A stretch of 41,124 nucleotides of DNA. Source: an uncultured Candidatus Bathyarchaeia archaeon (lineage in GTDB: Archaea > Thermoproteota > Bathyarchaeia > 40CM-2-53-6). Position numbers and translations under genes: made by a program. The notes below the pieces were generated by a model. The model was not told the DNA's origin and did not search any database. It was given only the letters and a program-made list of their open reading frames with translations. The stretch covers positions 1-41,124 of the forward strand of contig CAYGWT010000331.1 in assembly GCA_964353625.1 (NCBI GenBank), read 5' to 3'. Below, piece by piece: positions 30,326-37,860 of the stretch (the first letter of the stretch is position 1; the number at the start of each line of letters is the position of its first letter).

Positions 30326-30484
30326 GAAAACAGTAGTAGCAAGTTTACGAAGCTACAGTGTGGGCAAGGCCCACTGTGGATGTAACTGTTACTGTAGCTG
30401 AGTAACTTGCGTAGAAAGATCTTCCTCCGATAGGAGGCTGACTTACTGAAAGCACTGTTTTCATCCCGATTGGAGCGGAGGACT
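30326..30484 (+). promoter_or_regulatory. Structured 5' leader of about 150 nt
   Basis: There is a long interrupted hairpin at 30337-30413 (9 bp AGCTACAGT/ACTGTAGCT, plus 4 bp and 5 bp extensions). An apical GTGGGC-aag-GCCCAC stem and a CCTCC-gata-GGAGG hairpin (30424-30437) are also present. GAAAACAGT (30326-34) is complementary to ACTGTTTTC (30454-62). Confidence 0.45.
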
Positions 30485-31207
30485 ATGCTCACTGACGTAG
30501 AGAGGTTGAAGGACCGAGAGGCTAAGAAAAGGGTTCCAGGAGGTTGGTTCTCCGACAAACAGAAGCTCGAGGCTGTGCAGATGTGGCTCATCACCGGGTC
30601 AATGCCAGCTACCGCTGCTGCCCTGAACATAAACGTTAGCACGATTGAGAAGTGGAGATATACTGACTGGTGGAAGGAACTCTCTGACCAGATCAAGGCT
30701 GAGGGGAGGGTTAAGCTCTCCGGTAGGCTGCAGAAGATCGTTGGCCGGACCTTGGACCAGCTGGAGGACAGGATCGAGAATGGTGACTTCATCCTGGATA
30801 GCAAGACTGGGCAGATCGTCCGTAAGCCACTGATGGCCAGGGACCTGACCCGAATCACCACAGATTTCATGGCTTCCAGCCAAAAGCTGGAATCCGTAAC
30901 CAAAGAGGAAGCTACTGTCCAGGCTATCGAAGACCGGTTGAAGCTCATCGCCGAGAACTTTGCTTCCTTCGCCAAGAAGGTCAGGAAAGTGGAGGTGGAG
31001 GATTTGACACATGTGGAGCAACTGTCTGTTCTGGGCACTGAGGCAGAGGTTATCGAAGGGGGGACACCTCCTTATCGGGAGGAGCCCGGGGACACTGATC
31101 CTCAGGACCTACTGGATGGATCCGGAGAAGAGGATCTGGTACTTCGCCCCGCTGAGACCGAGGAAAGCCCCACTGTCCTACTTCCACAAGTTCCTGTTCA
31201 AGGGTAG
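30485..31207 (+). CDS. HTH protein, probably a terminase small subunit (Sf6 gp1-like N-terminal HTH); could alternatively be a regulator
   Basis: ATG 30485 is preceded by GGAGCGGAGG. The N-terminal DKQKLEAVQMWLITGSMPATAAALNINVSTIEKWR looks like a helix-turn-helix, followed by a coiled-coil oligomerisation-like region and an acidic tail. Confidence 0.5.
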   Translation: MLTDVERLKDREAKKRVPGGWFSDKQKLEAVQMWLITGSMPATAAALNINVSTIEKWRYTDWWKELSDQIKAEGRVKLSGRLQKIVGRTLDQLEDRIENGDFILDSKTGQIVRKPLMARDLTRITTDFMASSQKLESVTKEEATVQAIEDRLKLIAENFASFAKKVRKVEVEDLTHVEQLSVLGTEAEVIEGGTPPYREEPGDTDPQDLLDGSGEEDLVLRPAETEESPTVLLPQVPVQG

Positions 31208-31222
31208 ACCCAGGAGACTGAT

Positions 31223-31861
31223 TTGAGTGATATCGGAACCTATGTAAGGGGTGGGGTGATCATTGATCCCTACTCCCAGATGTATTATGGCACCCCGTAT
31301 GGGGGCGACTATGGTATTGGGTGGAGGGACCTGGTAGGAAACCCTACTGTCCGGGGTGTAGGTGCTGCTGATCCTGACTGGAAAGCGATAACCGGTCTGA
31401 CAGGGATGTGGGGGTATTCCTTCTCTGCGTCTACGATGCAGCAGATCTGGTTCACCTTCCACCTTGACCACGACTACGCTCCAGGCACCCCGATCTATCT
31501 GCACGTTCACTGGCTGAACGCTGCTGCGGTCCCCAACACCGGTAATGTTCGCTGGGGGCTCCAGTATACCTACGCCAGAGGACACCAGCAGCAGGCATTC
31601 CCTGCCGCTACCACTGTCTATGTAACCCAGGCAGCACAATCTACCCGTTACATGCACATGATCGCTGAGGTGGCAGATGCGGACGTAGTCCCATCCACTA
31701 ACCTGCAGACTGACGGATTGTTGCTTGTCCGTGCCTTCCGGGATGCTGCTAACGCTGGGGATACCTGTACCGATGAGGTGTTCATGCTGACCATGGACTG
31801 CCACTACCAATCTGACCGGCACGCTACCAGAAACAAGGCACCGGACTTCAATGCCTACTAG
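31223..31861 (+). CDS. Hypothetical protein (possibly structural)
   Basis: It is 212 aa, with a TTG start and AGGAG 6 nt upstream. I recognise no motif. Confidence 0.55.
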   Translation: MSDIGTYVRGGVIIDPYSQMYYGTPYGGDYGIGWRDLVGNPTVRGVGAADPDWKAITGLTGMWGYSFSASTMQQIWFTFHLDHDYAPGTPIYLHVHWLNAAAVPNTGNVRWGLQYTYARGHQQQAFPAATTVYVTQAAQSTRYMHMIAEVADADVVPSTNLQTDGLLLVRAFRDAANAGDTCTDEVFMLTMDCHYQSDRHATRNKAPDFNAY

Positions 31862-31870
31862 AGGTGCCAG

Positions 31871-32131
31871 ATGCCCAAGATTGCAGAACGGCTGACTCGT
31901 CAGCTTCGTGGTAGGGGGGAGAAGGAGCCAAAAGCTCTTGCCTATGCCCTGCTGAACAAGATGGGACATATGAAGAATGGGGAGCTAACTGCCAAGGGAA
32001 AGGCCCGGAACGCCATGACCCCTGGAGAAAGAGCCAAGGATCGGCAGGCTAGCTACACTGGCCGGAAACCTTCGGACTTCAAGTACAACCCGAAAACGAA
32101 CCAAGCCACTGTAAAGCGAGGTAGCCGATAA
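31871..32131 (+). CDS. Hypothetical basic 86-aa protein
   Basis: It is Lys/Arg-rich and has a TAATG overlap with the next gene. Confidence 0.5.
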   Translation: MPKIAERLTRQLRGRGEKEPKALAYALLNKMGHMKNGELTAKGKARNAMTPGERAKDRQASYTGRKPSDFKYNPKTNQATVKRGSR

Positions 32132-32436
32132 TGCCGTTCATGACCAATGGAAAGAGGGACTACCAGAAGGAAAAGCGGTGGGAGCATGAGCAGAACCCAC
32201 AACGACTGAAGGATCGGGTAAAGAGAGTCCAGATCCGCAGGGAGGCCATCAAGGAGGGGATAGCCAAGAAGTTCGATGGCAAGCAACTGGACCACAAGAC
32301 CCCACTATCGAAAGGTGGCAGCAACGCCCTGTCAAATGTTCGCGTTACTTCCCCCTCAAAAAATATGAGCTTCGCTCGCAACAGTGACGGCTCGCTACGC
32401 TCGCAGACTTCGAAACGAGAGAGGAAATACAGATGA
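32131..32436 (+). CDS. HNH endonuclease
   Basis: The stretch DGKQLDHKTPLSKGGSNALSNVRVTSPSKN gives an H-N-N(H) core. The protein is small (101 aa) and lies in the packaging module. Confidence 0.75.
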   Translation: MPFMTNGKRDYQKEKRWEHEQNPQRLKDRVKRVQIRREAIKEGIAKKFDGKQLDHKTPLSKGGSNALSNVRVTSPSKNMSFARNSDGSLRSQTSKRERKYR

Positions 32437-32666
32437 ACGTCATCAATATCAACGGTGTGTTCTACGTCAAAAAAGAGAATGAGAATGGTATCTACCTGGA
32501 GAGAGTCAACGCAGACGGAACTCCGTATGTAGAGATCAAACCTCAGTACACTGAGGCTGAGCTGGCTTCTCTGATCTATGCTGGTCCCGCCCCGAATGTT
32601 ATCGAGGTGGTGAAGAAGCAGAAACGTTGGTATCAGCGACTCTTTCACAGAATCAGTTTGTTCTAA
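32433..32666 (+). CDS. Hypothetical 77-aa protein
   Basis: It has an ATGA overlap with the HNH gene. Confidence 0.5.
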   Translation: MNVININGVFYVKKENENGIYLERVNADGTPYVEIKPQYTEAELASLIYAGPAPNVIEVVKKQKRWYQRLFHRISLF

Positions 32667-32668
32667 CA

Positions 32669-33241
32669 ATGAATCCCTACTGGTATCTTCTACTGAAGAA
32701 GTTCTTTGTAGCCAAGATTGTCTGCAAGGTTCTTGTTCCTATCTTCGCTATCTGGGGTAAGTACCCGAAATGGATGCTGACCCCGGACGATCCTGTGAGC
32801 CCTTTTGGCTCAGGGACGACTCCAACTGCAAGTACAGAGCCTACTCAGATGGCTATCTACCAGCGATTCGGGAGGTATGTTGGGGATGTCGTTTGGCTCG
32901 CATGGCGGAACTCCGGCTATGGCTACAGTTATTCCCAGAAGGAAGACTGGCTGAAGGATCCGGAGATCAAGTATGAGAATTTGACGGTGCAGCGCCTGGA
33001 GGATGGTCGTAAGACCACCTACCGTGTGCTGCGCCCTGATGGTACCTGGATGCAAGAGAGACAATATGCCTGGGGTCCGTTCCGCTGGTTGGCGGGATAC
33101 CGGGTACAACCGATTTATGATGGGGCTCTGGAAAATAGGGCTAGACTGGCCAAAGGGCTTGAACGCGCACCACGGCCAGGTTTTCACCCGAATATGGATG
33201 GACGCCCCCTCATATCTTTAAGAACCACAAAAACAATGTGA
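32669..33241 (+). CDS. Hypothetical protein with an N-terminal TMD
   Basis: The start is moved to ATG 32669 (MNPYWYLLLKKFFVAKIVCKVLVPIFAIWG...). Confidence 0.5.
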   Translation: MNPYWYLLLKKFFVAKIVCKVLVPIFAIWGKYPKWMLTPDDPVSPFGSGTTPTASTEPTQMAIYQRFGRYVGDVVWLAWRNSGYGYSYSQKEDWLKDPEIKYENLTVQRLEDGRKTTYRVLRPDGTWMQERQYAWGPFRWLAGYRVQPIYDGALENRARLAKGLERAPRPGFHPNMDGRPLISLRTTKTM

Positions 33242-33248
33242 GGATCCG

Positions 33249-33632
33249 ATGACTGTCCTTTACCCTGACCCAGCTATTCCGCAAGACCACCGAGAAACCA
33301 CCGGTGAGCGTCTTGTGCGGATCGAGACTCTGATGAACACGGTACTCAATTCGCTGCACGCCCACATCAGAGACGAGGAGAAGGAGTTGAAGGAATTCGC
33401 CGATACCCTAAAGGTACACCTCGAGGAGAATGCTCGATTGAATGTAGATGTACGAGAACTCTCCCGAGATATCCGTGAGATGAAGGCAAAACTAGGAGAA
33501 CTCGAGCGGGAGGTCAGTGCTCTCACTAAATCCAAGACAACGATGATTGCTTGGGCCGCTGGCGTAAGCGCCACTATCTCAGCCTTGTGGATTGTTGGTG
33601 GAGATCACGTTCTAAAACTCATTGGAGCTTAA
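33249..33632 (+). CDS. Hypothetical coiled-coil protein with a C-terminal TMD
   Basis: It has a coiled-coil middle and the segment MIAWAAGVSATISALWIVGG near the C-terminus. GAGGA lies upstream. Confidence 0.55.
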   Translation: MTVLYPDPAIPQDHRETTGERLVRIETLMNTVLNSLHAHIRDEEKELKEFADTLKVHLEENARLNVDVRELSRDIREMKAKLGELEREVSALTKSKTTMIAWAAGVSATISALWIVGGDHVLKLIGA

Positions 33633-35171
33633 ATGCTAACTGCCGACGTAGTTCAAGGCTTCGTCGGTTCTGTTCTCTCAAAGAGGTTTGACCAGGCTAG
33701 CAAATCGCCTCCGTTCCATCGGGAACTGTGGGAACTAGCCTGCTCAGACCACCCTAACGTAGCAATAGCCGCCCCTCGTGGGCACGCGAAGAGTACCGCA
33801 GGCACGCTGGCTTATGGTCTTGCCGAACTGTTGTTCCGCAACTCCAGGTTCTGTCTGATCGTATCGGACACAGAAGCTCAGGCCTCAATGTTCCTCGGAG
33901 CTATGAAGGCAGAGCTGCTGGAGAACAAGGACCTTATCGAGCTGTTTGGTATTCGCAAGAATGAGAAGAATGAGTCAGTCCTGATAAAGGACACCGAGAC
34001 TGACATCGTCGTAGCTTTTGATGATGGAACCCTGTTCCGGGTCATAGCTAAGGGTGCGGAGCAAAAGCTTCGTGGCCTGATGTGGAATGGTACTCGGCCT
34101 GACCTCATCCTTATTGACGATCTTGAGAACGACGAACTGGTGATGAACCGGGATCGGCGTGTCAAGCTGAAGAGGTGGTTCAAGGGCGCACTAGTGCCTG
34201 CGAAGTCACCCAAAGGAAAGATACGCTACTGGGGCACGATCCTGCACATGGACTCGGTGCTCGAGGAGCTGATGCCTTCTGAGTTCGACAAGTGGACTAA
34301 GAGGGATGGTTTGAAGTACTATAGCACCTACCCGCGTAGAACGCTGTGGAAGAGTGTGAAGTACATGGCCCACAATGAGGACATGACTGAGTTCCTCTGG
34401 CCTGACCGGTATGACAAGGATTACTTCGTCCTCCTGCGCGAAAAGTACGCCCAGGATGGAATGCTGGACCTGTACTCCACTGAGTATCTCAACAAGCCAG
34501 TTGATGACTCTGTAGCGTACTTCAAGCGGTCTGATCTCGCTGGGTACTCCCTAGAGGAGCGTGTTGCGAGAGAGAATAATCCACCCCGTCTGACGTACTA
34601 CTGTACGGCTGACTTGGCTATTGCTGAGAACCAACGAGCAGACTTCTCGGTGTTTCTCGTGGCAGGTGTAGATCAGAACAAACTGATCCATATCGTGAAC
34701 ATCATCCGTGATAGGATGGATGCACGCGAGATTGTTGACACGTTGATCGCGTTGCAACGGTCTTATGACCTCCAAGCAGTAGGCATCGAAGAGATGCAAG
34801 TGTCCAAGGCAATTGGACCCTTCCTTCGTGAGGAGATGTTAAAAACCGGAACATTCCTCTCAATCATTCCCATGAAGCACTCTGGTAAGGACAAGGTACA
34901 ACGAGCGCGTAGTATCCAGGCTCGTATGCGGATCAAGGGCGTAAAATTCGATCACTCCGCAGATTGGTACCCAGTTTTCGAAGACGAAATGCTGACCTTC
35001 CCTCGTGGGAAACACGACGACCAAGTGGACGCTATAGCGTACCTCGGGCTGATGCTCGATAACATGGTCGAAGCCCAAACACAAGAAGAAGTCGAAGAGG
35101 AAGATTACCTTGATGAAATTAGGAAATCCGGGACCTATGCCGATGGGCGGTCCGCAATCACCGGGTATTAG
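33633..35171 (+). CDS. terL: Terminase large subunit
   Basis: Walker A is AAPRGHAKST and Walker B is DLILIDDLEND. The C-terminal RNase H-like nuclease has YYCTADLA and HDDQVDAIAY. Confidence 0.9.
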   Translation: MLTADVVQGFVGSVLSKRFDQASKSPPFHRELWELACSDHPNVAIAAPRGHAKSTAGTLAYGLAELLFRNSRFCLIVSDTEAQASMFLGAMKAELLENKDLIELFGIRKNEKNESVLIKDTETDIVVAFDDGTLFRVIAKGAEQKLRGLMWNGTRPDLILIDDLENDELVMNRDRRVKLKRWFKGALVPAKSPKGKIRYWGTILHMDSVLEELMPSEFDKWTKRDGLKYYSTYPRRTLWKSVKYMAHNEDMTEFLWPDRYDKDYFVLLREKYAQDGMLDLYSTEYLNKPVDDSVAYFKRSDLAGYSLEERVARENNPPRLTYYCTADLAIAENQRADFSVFLVAGVDQNKLIHIVNIIRDRMDAREIVDTLIALQRSYDLQAVGIEEMQVSKAIGPFLREEMLKTGTFLSIIPMKHSGKDKVQRARSIQARMRIKGVKFDHSADWYPVFEDEMLTFPRGKHDDQVDAIAYLGLMLDNMVEAQTQEEVEEEDYLDEIRKSGTYADGRSAITGY

Positions 35172-37392
35172 CCCCCCGCAACCGGGAGGTATGCCCGCAC
35201 CTGGTGGTCCTCCGATGGGCGGTCCTCCGCCGATGCCTCCCCCTCAAGGGATGCAAGCACAACAACCTCAGCCTGGGATGCCTATGCCCCCGGGTGCTGG
35301 GATGCCTTTGCCTGGAATGCAACCTCCTGTTATGGAGATGCCGAAGCCGCCGAAGGAACAGCTGCTGAAGAAGATCGAAACTATCAACCTGGCCAAGAAA
35401 CTCAAGGAAGATGAGCTTCATGCACTAGGTATGAAGTGTAAGGAAGCGTTCGACGCCGACGAAGGATCAAGAGCTCAGTGGCTTAAAGAGACAGATGAGT
35501 GGTTGGCCCTAGCTCGTCAGGTCAGGGAGACCAAAAGCTACCCCTGGAAAGACGCTGCGAATGTCAAATACCCGCTGGTGAGCATCGCTTCGCTGCAGTT
35601 TGCAGCTCGTGCGTACCCCTCACTGGTGCCGAACGATGGAAACATCGTCAAAATGCGTGTTGTTGGTACAGATAAGACTGGAGATAAGACAAAAAGAGCT
35701 ACTCGAGTCGCAAAATTCATGTCTTGGCAGCTCACTAACGAGATGCCGAGGTGGGAAGAGGACACTGATCGCCTTCTTGCGATCCTTCCGGTGGTTGGAT
35801 CCCTCTTCCGGAAGACATATTTCGACAAAACCCGAGGTGTGAACGTCTCAGAGCTGGTCTATCCGGAGAATTTCGTCGTAGATTACTGGACTCGGAGCAT
35901 GGAAGAGGCCGAAAGGTACTCCGAAATCCTCTATGTGAGCCAAAGGAAGCTAAAAGAGCGACAACGCACCGGGGAATACCTGAAAGTTGAGTTGGGTGAT
36001 CCGATCACGCAGCAAAATGTCAGTAAAACACAACCGGGGACTGTCGATGAAGTTACTCCATACAAGATTATCGCTCAAGCAACCTGGCTTGACATCGATG
36101 AGGATGATGTTGAGGAGCCGTACACAGTGGTTTTCCACTATGATACGGGAAAGGTCCTCCGGATCATGGCCCGGTACACCCCTGACGACATCATCGTTGA
36201 TGAAGATGGAGAGCTGATTGGATTCAAAGACCGTTGCATCTACACCAAGTACTCGTTCATCCCTAACCCGGATGGTGGATTCTATGATCTTGGATTTGGC
36301 CACCTTCTGGGTCCCATTAATGAGAGTGTTAACACCCTAATCAACCAACTGCTTGATGCTGGCACCCTAGCTAACCTTCAGGCGGGCTTTGTTGGTCGTG
36401 GTCTCAGGCTCAAGATGGGTGATTCACCGCTCCGCCCGGGCGAGTGGCGTGCTGTTAACGCTGTCGGCGACGACATTCGCAAACAGCTTGTCCCTATCCC
36501 TGCGAATCAACCATCGGAGGTGCTGTTCAAGCTTCTAGGAAACCTGGTCCAGTCTGGAGAGAAACTGGCCTCTGTGGCCGAGATCTTCACTGGAAAGATG
36601 CCTGGTCAGAACACCCCTGCGACTACTACGATGGCTACCATCGAGCAGGGTATGAAGGTGTTTACGGCTATCTACAAGCGTATCTACCGCTCGATGGAGA
36701 AGGAGTTCAAGCTCCTGTTCTATCTGAACGGAGAGTACCTGAATCCGGCTACCTACGTCGCTGTGCTGGACGATACGGTTGATCCGAGTGATTTTGATGT
36801 CAAACAGTACGATATCTGCCCTGCTGCTGACCCACAAGCCTCTTCCCAGACGGAACAGCTTATGAAGGCACAGGCGCTGATGGAAATGCTGCCCATCGGT
36901 ACTTTGGATGCTATTGAGGTCACTAAGCGTATGCTTGTAGCTCAACAGCAACCTGACTGGGAGAAATTGATCCCTGGTCTGGCCCAGACTGGCCAACCTC
37001 AGATCCCGCCCAAACAAGATCCGAAGATGCTGGAAATGCAGATGAAGATGCAGGCGGAGGGTGCGAAATCGCAGCTGAAGCAGCAGGAGGGGGCGCAGAA
37101 GTTGCAAATGCAGCGCCTCCAAGGTGAGCAGAAGCTCGCTAATGAAAAGGCCACCGCTGACATGAAGATGCAATCTCAAGCAGCTCAGGCCCGTGCTGAT
37201 GCACAAATCGCTCAACACAAGCAACAGATCTTCATGCGTGAAAGCGCAGGCAAGATGCAGGTTAGCGATGCAATGCACCAGCAGAAACTTAGACAAGCGC
37301 AGGAGATGCCAAAATCGACGCAAACTTCTCAAAGACAGACCTCGCAGACTGGAGGCAAAACCCAGTCACCCAAGCGTTCTTCGAAACGATAA
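35113..37392 (+). CDS. Portal protein with a Pro/Gly/Met-rich N-terminal tract and a Gln/Lys-rich C-terminal tract
   Basis: The core has ETKSYPWKDAANVKYPLVSIASLQFAARAYPSLV, which is typical of podovirus-type portals. It is about 760 aa and lies directly after TerL. ATG 35113 has GAGGAAG upstream. Confidence 0.8.
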   Translation: MKLGNPGPMPMGGPQSPGISPPQPGGMPAPGGPPMGGPPPMPPPQGMQAQQPQPGMPMPPGAGMPLPGMQPPVMEMPKPPKEQLLKKIETINLAKKLKEDELHALGMKCKEAFDADEGSRAQWLKETDEWLALARQVRETKSYPWKDAANVKYPLVSIASLQFAARAYPSLVPNDGNIVKMRVVGTDKTGDKTKRATRVAKFMSWQLTNEMPRWEEDTDRLLAILPVVGSLFRKTYFDKTRGVNVSELVYPENFVVDYWTRSMEEAERYSEILYVSQRKLKERQRTGEYLKVELGDPITQQNVSKTQPGTVDEVTPYKIIAQATWLDIDEDDVEEPYTVVFHYDTGKVLRIMARYTPDDIIVDEDGELIGFKDRCIYTKYSFIPNPDGGFYDLGFGHLLGPINESVNTLINQLLDAGTLANLQAGFVGRGLRLKMGDSPLRPGEWRAVNAVGDDIRKQLVPIPANQPSEVLFKLLGNLVQSGEKLASVAEIFTGKMPGQNTPATTTMATIEQGMKVFTAIYKRIYRSMEKEFKLLFYLNGEYLNPATYVAVLDDTVDPSDFDVKQYDICPAADPQASSQTEQLMKAQALMEMLPIGTLDAIEVTKRMLVAQQQPDWEKLIPGLAQTGQPQIPPKQDPKMLEMQMKMQAEGAKSQLKQQEGAQKLQMQRLQGEQKLANEKATADMKMQSQAAQARADAQIAQHKQQIFMRESAGKMQVSDAMHQQKLRQAQEMPKSTQTSQRQTSQTGGKTQSPKRSSKR

Positions 37393-37532
37393 AGTCGGGG
37401 ATACTGTACAGTAAGGATGAACTAGCCGACAAAGTCGGCAATGTAACTGAAGTGCAACTAGCCCGCGTTGCTGGTAGAATTGATGCCTACAACGCCATTC
37501 TCGAGATGGAGATGCCCGAAAATGAGGATTGA
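37293..37532 (+). other. Protein-like open frame with no start codon, in the -1 frame relative to the portal 3' end
   Basis: There are 79 sense codons (TSAGDAKIDANFSKTDLADWRQNPVTQAFFETIKSGILYSKDELADKVGNVTEVQLARVAGRIDAYNAILEMEMPENED) with no ATG, GTG or TTG before GTG 37452. It spans the otherwise non-coding portal-GroES gap and ends 11 nt into the next gene. Confidence 0.35.
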
Positions 37533-37860
37533 GCCCGCTGGAAACAAGGTTCTAATCAAACGTGATAAGGTGGAAGACCACGATCCGAAGTACCGAGCGA
37601 TTAAGAACGCTGGTCTTGTTATCCCCGAATCCGAGGATCATCAACGCCGACAGGCAGGTGTAGACAGGGGTCAAGTACTTGCCCTTGGTATTACTGCCTA
37701 TGAGGATCCGTACTTCCTCGGCAAGAAATGGTGTCAAGTAGGGGACTTCGTGATCTTTCCGCAGTATTCAGGTAAGGGTGTTTCAGATCCTGAGTCTGGT
37801 GAAGAGTTCGTAGTCATCAATGACGCAGACGTAGTTGCTATCCTGAGAGGACAAGAATGA
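37522..37860 (+). CDS. GroES-like co-chaperonin (Cpn10 fold)
   Basis: It aligns by eye to E. coli GroES: MRIEPAGNKVLIKRDKVE versus MNIRPLHDRVIVKRKEVE, AGLVIPES...RGQVLALG versus GGIVLTGS..RGEVLAVG, and VGDFVIFPQYSG...VVINDADVVAIL versus VGDIVIFNDGYG..LIMSESDILAIV. Confidence 0.75.
   Translation: MRIEPAGNKVLIKRDKVEDHDPKYRAIKNAGLVIPESEDHQRRQAGVDRGQVLALGITAYEDPYFLGKKWCQVGDFVIFPQYSGKGVSDPESGEEFVVINDADVVAILRGQE

Noticed and set aside
30319-31969. Minus-strand ORFs 30319..31038 (239 aa) and 31178..31969 (263 aa)
   Set aside because: They are antisense to well-supported plus-strand genes, lack SDs, and have Ser/Leu-rich junk-like composition.
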